This document shows, in pieces, positions 1 through 13,274 of a stretch of 64,000 nucleotides of DNA; position 1 is the first letter of the stretch; each line of letters begins with the position of its first letter. This stretch comes from Eledone cirrhosa (lineage: Eukaryota). The stretch spans positions 39,246,001-39,310,000 of the forward strand of contig OZ024749.1 in assembly GCA_964016885.1 (NCBI GenBank). Direction: 5' to 3'. Under the pieces are notes generated by a model. It ran no database searches. It was not told the origin of the DNA and saw only the letters and a program-made list of their open reading frames with translations. The translations under genes and the position numbers were made by a program.

Positions 1-19
1 CGACTGAACAACAACAATT

Positions 20-960
20 GCAAACTTCATGGTGGTTGTAATTTTGTATACGTTGTCGTTGGATGGTGGTTCTTCATTGCACTCTAATAAATGCTGATGT
101 ATACTGGAAGAGGAAATAGCGGCAACAAAGCCATCAAATATTAATTGGTCCACCAATACTGTTCTGCTGTCAGGGCTGGGATATAACACTTATTTGCCAG
201 TTGTTTAAGTGTGTCCCAATACTGTTCTGCTGTCAGGGCTGGGATATAACACTTATTTGCCAGTTGTTTAAGTGTGTCCCAATACTGTTCTGCTGTCAGG
301 GCTGGGATATAACACTTATTTGCCAGTTGTTTAAGTGTGTCCCAATACTGTTCTGCTGTCAGGGCTGGGATATAACACTTATTTGCCAGTTGTTTAAGTG
401 TGTCCCAATACTGTTCTGCTGTCAGGGCTGGGATATAACACTTATTTGCCAGTTGTTTAAGTGTGTCCCAATACTGTTCTGCTGTCAGGGCTGGGATATA
501 ACACTTATTTGCCAGTTGTTTAAGTGTGTCCCAATACTGTTCTGCTGTCAGGGCTGGGATATAACACTTATTTGCCAGTTGTTTAAGTGTGTCCCAATAC
601 TGTTCTGCTGTCAGGGCTGGGATATAACACTTATTTGCCAGTTGTTTAAGTGTGTCCATGAACTGCTCGATGCGCTCTTCACCCTGTTTTTTGTGAGCAC
701 AATTGATGGCGATTCATAAAGGAAGAAGAACACTTGGTGTACTTATTGTCCAGAAGAGCTATCACAGAAGTAAAGTTAGCACATTTTTCTACATTAGAGG
801 AGGCTTCTGGTCTGCAAAGATAAAACAGGGCATCCAATGTTACATCATCAAGAATGTTGACTTTTTCAATGAATTTGTTTAACATAAACATCTTTTCCCA
901 GTAAATGTAATCTGCCTCTATGGGGTTGCTAAGTAGTTGACGCTTGAAATATTTTGGTTC
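20..960 (-). mobile_element. Degenerate Ty3/Gypsy-type LTR retrotransposon gag fragment
   Basis: Minus-strand translation across frameshifts: YWEKMF..NKF..LDALFYLC..VIALLDNKY..MNRHQL..EQFMDTLKQLANKC..TAEQY..IFDGFVAAISSSSIHQHLLE. This follows the pattern of aquatic-animal Gypsy gag (..RH.L..R.Q..GE....L..L...C....T..Q....D.F..G..S..IRQRLLE). Recognised by motif memory, no search run. Confidence 0.6.
152..656. repeat. 63-bp tandem repeat, 8 identical copies, in frame within the gag remnant
   Basis: ORF 141..659 is (DTLKQLANKCYIPALTAEQYW)x8; no spacers between units. Confidence 0.95.
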
Positions 961-1022
961 AATAGCAATAAATATTGAATAAAATTATTAACTCGTAGAT
1001 GTTTCAATAGATTGTGATAATA

Positions 1023-1224
1023 ATTGTTTCTACTTTAGGCACAAGGCCAGCAATTATCCCAGTGTATTACTGGTATTTTATTTTATAGACACCCCCCCGC
1101 TCCCGTAAGGATGAAAGGCAAAGTTAACCTCGGCGGGATTTGAACTCAGAATGGCAAGGGCAGTAACTCTATGCGTCAAAGCATGGCGTCTGACCCTCTA
1201 CCGATACTGCCAATCCACCGCCCT
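1023..1224 (-). mobile_element. tRNA-derived SINE family A (Deu/Nin-like central domain)
   Basis: Reverse complement has box A/B-like head (ggcagtatcggtaga..gagttcaaatccc) then gccgaggttaactttgcctttcatccttacggg..ataaaataa..taccag. Other copies at ~1649-1866, 7120-7226, 15156-15320, 34710-34895, 42050-42225, 44868-45033, 55910-56093, 63009-63198, 63345-63488. Confidence 0.85.
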
Positions 1225-2786
1225 AATAGATTGTGATAATGATAAGAGCTTTTATTCAATCTTTAACATTGCCTTATTGTTTCTCAAGAGAATCTCGCAA
1301 GAACCAACAATATGGTAGAGGGACAAATATCTGACAGTAAAGTTGACCGCGGTGAGATTTGAACACAGAATGTAAAGAGTCAAGAACTATTAAAACAATG
1401 GCATTTTATGTAATGCTCTACCCATTCTGCCAATCCACTACCCTCTAAAGCAAAGGTTCTCAAAGTGGGCGCTACCGTTGAGAAGGTCCAGGGTGGGGCA
1501 CTGGGACCCAAGGAGGCAGTAGAGATGATATAAAAGTATATTAAATATCGAATGATATATATTATATATAAATATAGTAAAATGAATAATATAATATTTA
1601 TTTAAACAGTATATATTATATTATTTATTATATATAATATAATATATACCGCAGTGGATTTGCAGTATCGGTAGAGCGTCGGACACCATGCTTTGTGGCA
1701 TAGAGTTAAGGCCCTTTGCGTTCTGAGTTCAAATCCCACCGACGTTAACTTTCCCTTTCATCCTTACGGGGTCGATAAAATAAAGTACCTGTTATGCACT
1801 GGGGTGGATTTAATCGATTTTCCCCCTCCCCCAAAATGCTGGCCTTGTGCCTATATAAGAAACCATTATATATAAATTAACAATTTTATTTATTATATAT
1901 TATTTACAATGTGCGTGTAGGCAGGTCTCTCTGGATATAGGCGTGGGAGGCGTTGAGGGTATTACGTGCTGGGGGGGGGGGGGGGGGGGCAGTGGGCCAA
2001 AAAGGTTGAGAACCTCTGCTCTGCAATATTACCAGTATAAGGAAGACAAATTCAATTTACATATATATATATCTTAACAATAAATTCAAAGCAATTTCTT
2101 TATTTTATTTAGTCACCATTTTAAACTGTTAAAACATTCAATCAACTTGGAGTCTGAATTTCCTTATTTACCAGTTTTTTTTTTATTTATATTTACCATT
2201 TTTTTTTTATATTTATTAGTTGTTTATTTATGTTTATTAGTTGTTTTTTTTTATATTTTCATATAGTTTCTTTATATTTAGGGTTTTTGAAAAAATTTTA
2301 AACACTTTCCAAATAAAATGTTGTTAAAAAACCCATGACTTAAGAAAAAAAAAGAGAGAGAGGGCAGTGTGTAAGAGAGAAGGGGAAGAGAAGGGAGTGT
2401 GTGGGAGGAGGTGGAGACTGGGGGGGGGGGGTGACGTGCGGAGAGAGAAGATAGGTGGGAAAAGAGAGGAACAGGCAGAAGTGAGGAGAGTGTGAGAGAG
2501 AAGGATAACAGATTGGAGAGTGTGTGAGAGAGAGGTAAAAGGGGGGAAGGAGGAGAAAAAGAGGAGAGAGAGGAAGAAAGAGGAAGAGTGAAATAGATTG
2601 AGAGGGAAAGAGACAAAGAAAGTAATTGAAAGAGAATAAGAGAGAGAGGAATAGTGTTAGAGAGAGATAGGGTGAGAGAGAGGGAGGGGGGGGTGCTGGA
2701 GGACAGAACAGCTGAATCATTGTGACTAATCGAACCAAGAGGACATCCGGTTCAGATAGATGTGAATATAACAAAGATATAGTTGA

Positions 2787-4152
2787 AATCATCATCATCA
2801 CCACCACCACCACCACCACCACCACCACCACCACCACCACCATCACCACCACCACCACCACCACCACCATCACCACCACCACCATCATCACCACCAACAC
2901 CGCCACCATCACCACCACCACCACCACCACCACCACCACCATCATCACCACCAACACCGCCACCATCACCACCACCACCACCATCACCACCACCACCACC
3001 ACCACCACCATCACCACCACCACCATCATCACCACCAACACCGCCACCATCACCACCACCACCACCACCACCACCACCACCATCATCACCACCAACACCG
3101 CCACCATCACCACCACCACCACCATCATCACCACCACCACCATCATCACCACCAACAACAACACCTATATTTCTACTGTTACAAATAACTACAAATCAAC
3201 ATTACCACCACCACCACCATCCCCACTGCCATAACCATTACCACCACCACCACCACCATCCTCACCGCCATAACCACTACCACCACCACCACCACCATCC
3301 TCACCGCCATAACCACTACCACCACTATCCCCTCTGCCATAACCCCTACCACCACCACCACCACCACCATCCCCACTGCCATAACCATTACCACCACCAC
3401 CACCACCATCCTCACCGCCATAACCACTATCCCCTCTGCCATAACCCCTACCACCACCACCACCACCACCATCCCCACTGCCATAACCACTACCACCACC
3501 ACCACCACCATCCTCACCGCCATAACCACTATCCCCTCTGCCATAACCCCTACCACCACCACCACCACCACCATCCCCACTGCCATAACCACTACCACCA
3601 CCACCACCATAACCACTACCACCACCACCACCACCACCATCCCCACCGCCATAACCACTACCACCACCACCGCCATAACCACTACCACCACCACCGCCAC
3701 CATCCCCACCACCATAACCACTACCACCACCACCGCCATAACCACTACCACCACCACAACCACCATCTCCACCGCCATAACCACTACCACCACCACCACA
3801 ACCACCATCCCCACCGCCATAACCACTACCCCCACCACCACAACCACCATCCCCACCACCATAACCACTACCACCACCACCACAACCACCATCCCCACCG
3901 CCATAACCACTACCACCACCACCACAACCACCATCCCCACCACCATAACCACTCCCACCACCACCACAACCACCATCCCCACCGCCATAACCACTACCAC
4001 CACCACCACAACCACCATCCCCACCGCCATAACCACCACCACCACCACCACCACCACCACCACCACCACCACCACCACCATAACCACTACCACCACCACC
4101 ACCACCACCACCACCACTACCACCAACAACACCACCACCAACAACACCACCA
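2787..4152. repeat. (ACC)n microsatellite grading into a higher-order CCA-rich minisatellite
   Basis: Visible (acc)n with periodic cataaccacta / catccccacc variants; produces poly-T/P/H/V/G ORFs. Confidence 0.9.
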
Positions 4153-4179
4153 GTTATAACTGTAGTGACCACAGTGTTT

Positions 4180-4520
4180 CAGTTGTGAGTGAAGTGGTGG
4201 GTTTCTGTGAGTGAAGTGAAGCAGTGAGTGGAGAGATCTTGTGAGTGAAAGGATGCTGTAAGTGGAGTGATTCTGTGAGTGGGGGGATTTTGTGAGTGAT
4301 GGGTTGCTGTGAGTGAAGGTATGCTATGGGTGAAGAGATGCTGTGAGTGATGGGTTGCTGTGGGAGATAGGTTGCTGTGAGTGAAGGGATGCTGTGAGTG
4401 AAGGGACGCTGTGAGTGAAGCGTTGTTATGAGTGGAAGGATGCTTTGAGTGATGGGTTGCTGTGAGTGAAGCGTTGTTGTGAATGGAAGGATGCTTTGAG
4501 TAAAGAGAGTCTGTGAGTGG
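4180..4520. repeat. Degenerate ~19-20 bp minisatellite (gctgtgagtgaagggat)
   Basis: Repeated tgtgagtga motif. Confidence 0.75.
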
Positions 4521-5343
4521 AGTGTTGCTTTTTTGACATGAAAGGATGTAACTTAATGAAGGATTTTAAATCTCTATATGTAAAAACAGACACTCACACT
4601 GATATATATAGTCAAACACAATCATGCATTCATATAAATTATGTGTAGTTTCTGTCTACCAAAATTTCATTAAAAGACACTTGTTTGAGGTGCTGTGAAG
4701 TGAGATTGAGCCCAGAACTCAGAACTAAGTTTCTGGGAAGATAACTTCTTAACACCATGGCTATACCTGTGCCATAGTAATTAATTTTCTAACTGAAAGT
4801 AGTTTTTGACAAACTTGTTTTTCTGGTAGAAGTTTGAAGTCATTATTTATCTTTTCAAAAAGAATTGGTGACAGTTTTTGAAAGTATAAAGGACATTTCT
4901 TTTATTGTTGGTTTGTTTTGCAGAGTAAGGTTTCTTTCTTCAGTGAGTACTTAGAAAGTACTTGCAAACATATTTAATATATGTTTGCAAGTACTTTCTA
5001 AGCATTTCTAAATAGATGTTAAATTGTGATGATGATGATGATGATGATGATGAGAAGGATGATGAGGTGGATGAGAATGATGATGATGATGATGATGATG
5101 ATTTGGGATTTGTGTTAGATAAATAGTAGGGTCATTTTCATTTCTAGGGAGTTTCACAAGTTGTTATTGTTTCCTTAACCCTTTAGCATTTACATTACCT
5201 ATATACACTACTCTTTTAAAGGATAAAAGGCAAAGATGACCTTGGCAGATTTTGAACTCAGAACTCAGAGAACCACAAGGAATACCACAGCTTCTATCTG
5301 ACAATATAATGACTCTGTTAGTTCACCATCTTCTATATCTAAT

Positions 5344-5705
5344 TAACCCTTTAGCATTTACATTACTCTATATTTACTATTGTATTTTCATGAGGCTTTA
5401 CCTCACATAATTATCTCATATACCATATTCCCCGTTAGATGCACCCCAATTTTAACAACCAAAAATTTGAAAAAAATAATAAACAACCTTCGGCCTCCAG
5501 GATGCAGGATACATTTTGAGACTTATTTTTGGAAAAAAGTAGCATCTTCGACGCAGGGAAATACGGTAATATCGAATCTATGAGATTTTGATATTATTTA
5601 TTTTGAGAACAATACCTTAAAGTCAGTATGAGGGGTCAGTTATGGGAGAGAAAGGGGTGAGATAATTTTGGGAGGATACGGCCGGTTTAAATACTAAAGG
5701 GTTAA
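5344..5705. mobile_element. piggyBac-like MITE (TTAA|CCCTTTAG ... CTAAAGGG|TTAA) with a nested pogo/mariner-like MITE (~5420-5568)
   Basis: TTAA flanks and CCC/GGG termini. Related copies at ~20503-20715, 41523-41722 and 54974-55200. The inner element matches 41001-41173. Confidence 0.7.
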
Positions 5706-6322
5706 ATTATGTTCTGTACTTTTTGCAGTCCCTAAAATATTTTTAGTTTTCTGGATTTAGTTGATTAGCTTATAGCCCTTAATTAGATATAGAAGATGGT
5801 GAACTAACAGAGTCATTATATTGTCAGATAGAAGCTGTGGTATTCCTTGTGGTTCTCTGAGTTCTGAGTTCAAAATCTGTCGTGGTCATCTTTGCCTTTT
5901 ATCCTTTTACTGGAGTTGATTCTGCCCCACCCCCCTCTCTCTCTCTCTAAAAGAAATGGCTTTGTTCAGACCTGAAGAGGGAATGGGATCTGCTTGGTTT
6001 AAAATGCCCAACTATGTCAGTAAAGTGCCTCTATAACTCCATGAGGACTTATGAATCCATCCATCCATACATACATACATACATACATACATACATACAT
6101 ACATACATACACACATACAGCACCCTAATTCATAGACTACAAATGACTGTAATAGCTGGTGCCTTCAAAATTTGCAAAACATTCTTGCGATTCAAGGGAT
6201 GACAATTTCTTTTCTTTTGCAACTTTGCCTCCAAGAAGGTGGCCAGTCAAAAATGTACTAGAAATTAAGAGAAAGAGAAACATACATACATTAGATATAA
6301 AAATCTTATTAGTTATACATTT

Positions 6323-6584
6323 AAAAATGAGAAAACTCATCGCTAGAACAATCGTTAAAACAACTAAATACTGTCAAAGACAGCGATGGACAAAAATGTC
6401 TCAAAAGTGGCCAACAGAGAGACAATTCACAATATTTCATCTGCCTGTCACCCACCTTGGGGATTGTCTCTTTGTTTACCATTGGCCGCCAGTCTCTGTC
6501 CTCTGAAGCATTTTTGCCCATCGCTGTCTTTGACAGCATTTAGCTGTTTTAATTGTTGTTCTAGCGAAGTCCTTTCTCATTTTT
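6323..6584. mobile_element. Imperfect foldback / MITE-like inverted repeat
   Basis: aaaatgagaaa..cgctagaacaa..tgtcaaagacagcgatgg mirrored by ccatcgctgtctttgaca..ttgttctagcg..tttctcatttt. Confidence 0.7.
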
Positions 6585-7479
6585 ATATATATTCAGGTGC
6601 ATATATATTTCATCTCGATCAGAGACAGTATTGTCTTTTCATTTACCTATTAGTTATATTTTTTTTTACATTAACCTCTTCAGTGCCGTAGGGGAGATAA
6701 CTCGTCCTAACATGTTTGAACTCTTTTCCAACAGTTCATAACTTCAAAGCTAGATGGGGTTACTAGTTTATTGATGTTTGTCAATTATTCAGATATGTGT
6801 TGTTAATAAATGTTTGTTTAAAAAAATAGTCATTTTACTGAAAAAAACAAACCCGGCACACCAACTGTAGCTGTGTAAAATATACATGGCAGTCAACAAG
6901 TTAAAATATTCTGGCAACCATTTTAAAACCCAGCTTTTTATCACAACACATTTAATGATTTTGTACCCATACAAATACGATCCATCAATGTCATCAAATT
7001 TTAAATAAATAACAGAATTGTGCTTGTTGTAATTTCAATCAATTACAATTTGATGATATATGCCTTTTAAAGTGATTTTAGAAATTTAACATAGACAAAC
7101 TATTTTATTATTTATATATATCCCGCCGAGGTTAACTTTGCCTTTCATCCTTATGGGGTCGATAAAATAAAGTACCAGTAATACACTGGGTATTTGCTGG
7201 CCTTGTGCCAAAAGTAGAAACAATTATTTATATATATATATTAATTTTTTAGTTTTATGTAATTTAGGTTTTATTCATAGTTGTATAAATAACATTACAA
7301 ATATGTTTTAAATATATACATAAATAACATTTCAAATACAAATGTGTAAATAACATTATAAATTGCTCAAAATTCGTTCAGAAGAACATTACAAATATAA
7401 TGTCATTGATAAACACAAATATAAACGCATAAAAGAGAGATAAAAAACATTTTTAAAAAGGAGAAAAAAAAAAGGAGGG

Positions 7480-7720
7480 GGCAACTCACCACCAAGTGCG
7501 ACAATCGGCCGCACATCACATCATAAGGGTTAACTAAACACTTTGAGGCAAGCCAACATGCTCGTGGCATTGCCAAAGGTGATGGTGAGGCTGAGGCACT
7601 GAAACAACCAAGCACCTTCATGTGTATCACCTGATACCTCAGTAAGGCGAGCTGCCAGCGATGACAAGAACTTTGCTGTCAGCGGCTGAACTCCACCAAA
7701 CGTCTCGAATGCCACAGGTT
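7480..7720 (-). mobile_element. 3' remnant of a CRE-like non-LTR retrotransposon (restriction-like endonuclease C-terminus)
   Basis: AFETFGG..T.KFLSSLA.RL...SGD..E..WLFQCLSLTI..GNA.S.L resembles the conserved 'ET.G..FL..L..GD.RE..L.QRLS.A.QRGNA' terminus. Confidence 0.6.
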
Positions 7721-8088
7721 GATATATTCGTAAATTATCACAGATAAAGGATAGAAACTACATAATAACACAGCAGCTGCAGCCTGATGTCATCTGTCAC
7801 CCTCATATCAATAATTGGAACAGGCTGATTGTTGTTTGGATGAAAGATCTAGAGTGTCTTTGATGAGTACTATTCTAACCATGACAACCCTGATTTTTTA
7901 AGGGTATGCCTAGGATTATATTATTCAGTGTCTCTTAAAAATGAGTGTGATATGGCTGCTGTTTCTAACAGATTCAGCAACCATGTACAAGCTCTACCTA
8001 TCATAAACATGTAAGAGACTCATCAGATGAATTCTGAATATTTAAATTGTTGTGGTTTCAATTTATTAAGAGTGAAATATTATTGCAA

Positions 8089-8228
8089 ATAAACTTAGTC
8101 ACAACAAACTATGTCACAACAAACTTAGTCACAACAAACTTAGTCACAATAAACTTAGTCACAATAAAATTAGTCACAATAAACTTAGTCACAACAAACT
8201 TAGTCACAATAAACTTAGTCACAATAAA
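8089..8228. repeat. 15-bp tandem repeat (aaacttagtcacaay), ~9 copies
   Basis: Seen directly. Confidence 0.9.
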
Positions 8229-9123
8229 CTGTAAATGTACAAATATATAATACACTGATATCAATGTCAAACATGCTATCTTCAAGATAGCGTGTTTGTA
8301 CTTGAAGTTGTATATTATGTTTGTGTTGTTTGATTGGGATTGGTTGGTCGTTTGTGATGTTGTTTTTACTTGTTAATTGCTTCGTTAAAATATATTTGCT
8401 GATTAATTCTGGAACTTTTATCTTCTCTGCCGGGTGATTTTTGTGTTCACATATATTTTCTGTATATCTTTGGTAATCTAATAGTAAATTTTATTTTTTG
8501 TGATTTTTTTTATAAGGTTCGGCTTTCTTTTTATAAGGCTTGGCTTCCATTTCTCTAAAGAAAGTGTCTTTTAGTAAAGTATTTTATACTATTTATTCAT
8601 TTCTTAGTTGCCTTTGTTAAGATACGGTTATAATAATAGTTGTGTTTATTTTAGTTTAACTGTGCTTTTACCTTTGTCCGTATATATAAAGTTTATATTG
8701 TTTGGTGTTTATATTATTTCTTATCAATACAATTTCTATGTTGCATAGATTAAATACAATTTGTTAAAAACTACACTATTCTATTTTATATTGTTGAATC
8801 AGTCATAATATATTTGTTAAGCCATTTTTCTAGTATAGCAACTCACAAATGTTATATAAAATTGGTGGTGGTACAGAATTACTGAATCAACTATATAGGC
8901 TTGTAAAACATCCGGTAGAAATAAATTCAATAGATACCTAATGTTTAGAAATTTATTATTCAAATAATACTGAAATGACCTACAGGTCAATAATGCCCCT
9001 TCTGAGTTTTTTCAGATAGCTTTATGGAAGGTTGACCTTCACCTTTTAACATTTCTTAAATAAAAAGGGATTTTCTACGACAAGCAAAGCATTGTCAAAC
9101 CACAAGCTGAGCAAAGCAGAAAC

Positions 9124-9297
9124 ATGTCAATTGTACACACAATACTACTTCTAACATTAGGAGTCTTATTACAGAATAGTTATGTTTCAGCTCATGGTAG
9201 ATTGTTAGATCCAGCGGGTCGTTCTAGCATGTGGCGTTTTGGTTTCCATAATCCCATTAATTACAATGACAACCAACTTTATTGTGGTGGCTTTAAT
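9124..9297 (+). CDS. AA15-type lytic polysaccharide monooxygenase (chitin-binding type-4 domain), coding exon 1
   Basis: Signal peptide MSIVHTILLLTLGVLLQNSYVSA, then HGRLLDPAGRSSMWRFGF..NYNDNQLYCGG (N-terminal His1 motif). Donor GTAAGT at 9298, phase 0. Confidence 0.92.
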
Positions 9298-9529
9298 GTA
9301 AGTTCTTCAATAATTTTTTTCTTTGCTTAACTTTCAATACATTTGTCAGTCTACCGAACAAATATGTTTATGCAACAGATAATACATACATACATAATTC
9401 ATTCATACATATATATATGCATATATATATTCATATATATATATAGGTAATACATACATACATTTATATATATATATATGCATATATATATATATAAATG
9501 TATGAATGTATGTATGTATTACATATATC

Positions 9530-10015
9530 TCCGACATCACACACTTACACCTCTCCAAGACAATGTCACTGGACCGAGACCTTTGGCGGTACTCAGTAAC
9601 AGAGAAGACCCGCCTTACCTAAATATATAGTAAAACCTACTCCAGCCAGTAGGCATCTCTAACAAATACACCCCGTCCCACCACCCCCACCCGATCCACA
9701 CCACCCCGTTCTATGTAAAGTTATGTTGGTGCCGCGCCATCGAGGCCGAAACAAATGAGATCGTGTAGGTGTCACGACAAAAAAACACACAGTCCACGCT
9801 GTAATGTGGCCGTGTAGGCAACACGGTAAAAACCTCCCAGACCCACACTGTAAATGTGGTTGGTGTTAGGAAGGGCATCCAACTGTAGAAAACCTGCCAG
9901 ACAGTCCTATGCGAGCAAGACAATCACTCTTGCCTCAAGTGGGACTACCCCCGTCCAAACCCATGCAAGCGTGGAACACGGACGTTAAACGCTGATGATG
10001 ATGATGATGATGATA
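9530..10015 (+). mobile_element. 3' end/UTR of a second RTE-like family with (TGA)n tail
   Basis: Closely similar inverted copy at ~19040-19510, which is contiguous with RTE ORF-end peptide (19415..19786: RWYGHVMRM..GRPRKTW). Confidence 0.7.
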
Positions 10016-10024
10016 TATCATCAC

Positions 10025-10039
<15 letters not shown>

Positions 10040-10063
<24 letters not shown>

Positions 10064-12335
10064 TTTACGTCTGCTCTTCCCTACTTGCAAGGGTGGGGCA
10101 GGTCTTATTCAGCACAGCATCTCTCCACTTGTCACGGTCCTTCGTCATCTCTACCGTGAGCTTCAGCGATCTGAGGTCTGTTCTCACCACCTCCGCCCAT
10201 GTTTTTCGTGGTCTACCTCTACCACGTCTTCCTTCAACTGGCATTTCCTGGGCCTTCTTTACCCATCGGTCATCCTCCATGCGCATCACATGTCCATACC
10301 ACCTCAGTCTCCTCTCCCGTACACTACATTCTATCCCTCTCAGATACAGTTTCTCTCTCAACACATTCATGCTGGGTCGTTCACGCACATTGACACTGCA
10401 CATCCAACGGAACATGCTTGCCTAATTTCTCTCCAACCATCGCATATCCTCTGCAGTTGCTGCCAATGTCTCATTATCATGCAACATTGCGCTCCTCACA
10501 CAGGCATCATATAACCGGCCTTTCGTACGCAGCTCCCTAAACTTCTTCCAACCCGTCCTTATTCTAGATACTATGGCCTCGGAACACCCTCCTCCCATGC
10601 TAATCTGATCTCCTAAGTACCGGAAGCTATCCACCACTTCTATAGCGCCCGCCTGCATTTGAAAAATGTGTCTATCAATGCGACTTCTACTGTCAAATTT
10701 CCCTGTACATCTACTGCATACATATTTCTCCCTACCTGTTAGTTTGCCCGCTATCCCACTACATCTCTTGTGTACCCAGGATTTGCATTGTGTGCATTTT
10801 ATAGAATTTATGCCAGTTCCTTTTCTGCATATCGAACATGGCCATTTCCCTGACGGAATCGGAGTTTTGTCCTCTTTTCTACTCATCAACACTTTTGTCT
10901 TAGCTAGATTTACTCTCAGTCCTCTTGCTTCCAACTGCTGTTTCCATAGCCAGATTTTATTCTCTAGCTCCTCTACTGATTCTGCTATAAGAACCAGATC
11001 GTCAGCATAGAGAAGTTCCCATGGACAGCCAGTCTGAAACTCCTCTGTTATGGCTTGGAGGACTATAATGAACAAGAGCGGGCTGAGGATCGAACCTTGA
11101 TGTACTCCTACTTGTATCTGGAATTCTTCACTAAACTCCATTCCTACCCTGACTTTACTGAGAGTACCTCTCTACAAAGTTTGCACTGTCCTCACAAGCC
11201 ATTCCTCAACACCTAGTTTCCTTAGGGACCACCAGATGACAGATTGTGGTTCCCTATCAAAGGCCTTCTCTAGGTCAACAAAGGCTAAGTATAGTGGCTT
11301 ATTTTTCTTTAAGAACCTCTCTTGCAATTGTCTCACCAAGAAGAGGGCATCTGTTGTACTCTTCCCAGGCACAAAACCAAACTGCATCTCATCTAGTTTG
11401 ACCCTTTCTCTAATTAGTTGTGCTAATATCCTTTCTGCCACTTTCATAACCTGATCCATCAGTTTTATACCCCTATAATTGCTCCTCTCCAGAGCATCCC
11501 CTTTACCTTTGTAGAAATTTATGAGAATACTGCTGCACCAGTCTTTGAGTATGACACCACCATATATAGCCTGATTGATGATGCGTGCAACCAGCTTAGT
11601 ACCTACGTCCCCTGATGCCTTCAGCATCTCAGCAACTATTCCCGATGGTCCAGCAGCTTTACCATTTTTTATTTCCTTAATCGCCTCGTGGACCCTATAT
11701 TCGTCAATCTCAATAGCTGGTCCCTCTGTCGGATCTACTAAGGGTAATTTCTCTCTCTCCCATTCGTTCTCCATATTCATCAGTCTCTCATAATGACATT
11801 TCCAGGCCTCTTTTTTCTGATCATTCGTGACACTAAGTACACCGGCATCATTCCGGACGCATTTATCTCCAACAACATCCTAATTTGCATTGACACACTA
11901 CCTTGCAATGTGGAACACTGCACCGCCTCTGATCTTCCCGTCGCAGAACATTGGCAAACCTCCTACTCTCAGCCTCCCTGCGTGCTAAGTACACCTGATG
12001 TCTAGCTTCTCTCTTAGTGGCTGTATATTCTTCCCTACTCCCACCCTTTTTCCACGCCTTCCATGCTAGTCTTTTGTCTCTAATGGCCTTATCTACTATG
12101 CTGTTCCACCACCAGAGCTCTGCTCCAGCCACAAGTTTCATCAGTAGTCTGCAGTAAGTTGTCACGTAAGAAATTCCAGTTATTATCTATGTCATACATC
12201 TCTAAATCGTCTTCTTTTTCATCATACACATCTTGAAGGGCTTTCCTAAATTTGTATTTTAGTGAAAGGTCTTTTAGCTTCCAGACCTTTATTCTCCACA
12301 CCTTCCTGTATGTCTCATTCCATCTCTTGCTTACT
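10040..12335 (-). mobile_element. RTE-clade LINE, 5'-truncated and disrupted, in LPMO intron 1
   Basis: RT motifs KAAGPSGI, NYRGIKL, QFGF, DLEKAFD, GVHQGS, LYADDL, FRYLG, RWYGHV.RM, GRPRKTW; (TGA)n tail; several stops and frameshifts. Confidence 0.95.
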
Positions 12336-12444
12336 GAGATATATATATATAAATGTATGTATGTATGAATGTATTATATATATATATATTTCGTTTCTGA
12401 ATTTGTTTAGCAAGATTCTTTATCTGAAAACGTGTGTTGAAACC

Positions 12445-12689
12445 GATATTGTTATACTTTGGGAGGGTCATGTTGCCAATAAGAAACACACGCACCAGTT
12501 GCTTTCACTTCAATTTATTATAAATTAAATTATAAATTTAAAAAATTTTATAAATTTCCGGTTTGTTGGTTGGTTCCACAACCGGAAATTTATTAATTTT
12601 TTAAAATTTATAATTTAATTTATAATAAATTGGAGTGAAAGCAACTGGTGCTTGTGTTTCTTATTGGCAACATGTCCCTCCCAAAGTAT

Positions 12690-12697
<8 letters not shown>
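12445..12697. repeat. ~125-bp-arm inverted repeat between (TA)n tracts
   Basis: attgttatactttgggaggg..ccgg / ccgg..ccctcccaaagtataacaat. The left flank is related to ~55300-55400. Confidence 0.85.
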
Positions 12698-12725
<28 letters not shown>

Positions 12726-12743
12726 ATACTTTATGAGAATACT

Positions 12744-12787
<44 letters not shown>

Positions 12788-12871
12788 AAAGTTCTATTTA
12801 AATTGTTGGGATACAACAAGCAAATATTTTTATAACTGATATAAAGCACTCAACAAGTATTTGGAGTAAAC

Positions 12872-13274
12872 ATACGATATTAACAAATGGAAACTATATT
12901 TATAAAACCATATTTATTTTATTATACATATTTCAAGGACACCAAGTTAAATTATGGTATGCTTTCATCAGACAAAATATAATATAGATCAGTTTTATAA
13001 ATAAATATTGACATACCCTTAAAAAATGCAACCATTACTGTTGGAAGCTCCAGGATAGTGGAGTTGTTACTAATATAAGTAAACAACTCCACTATCCGGG
13101 AGCTTCCAACAGAAATGGTTGCATTTTTTAAGGGTATGTCAATATTTATTTATAAAACTGATCTATATTATATTTTGTCTGATGAAAGCATACCATAATT
13201 TAACTTGGTGTCCTTGAAATATGTATAATAAAATAAATATGGTTTTATAAATATAGTTTCCATTTGTTAATATC

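Noticed and set aside
152-656. CRISPR-like array
   Set aside because: Units are contiguous with no unique spacers, the context is eukaryotic, and there are no cas genes.
1649-1740. tRNA gene
   Set aside because: A/B boxes are present but continue into a SINE body repeated many times; no proper cloverleaf.
2722-4159. Poly-Thr, Pro/His-rich and poly-Val ORFs (mucin-, extensin- or His-rich-beak-protein-like)
   Set aside because: These are translations of (ACC)n; they have alternative starts, no signal peptide and several open frames.
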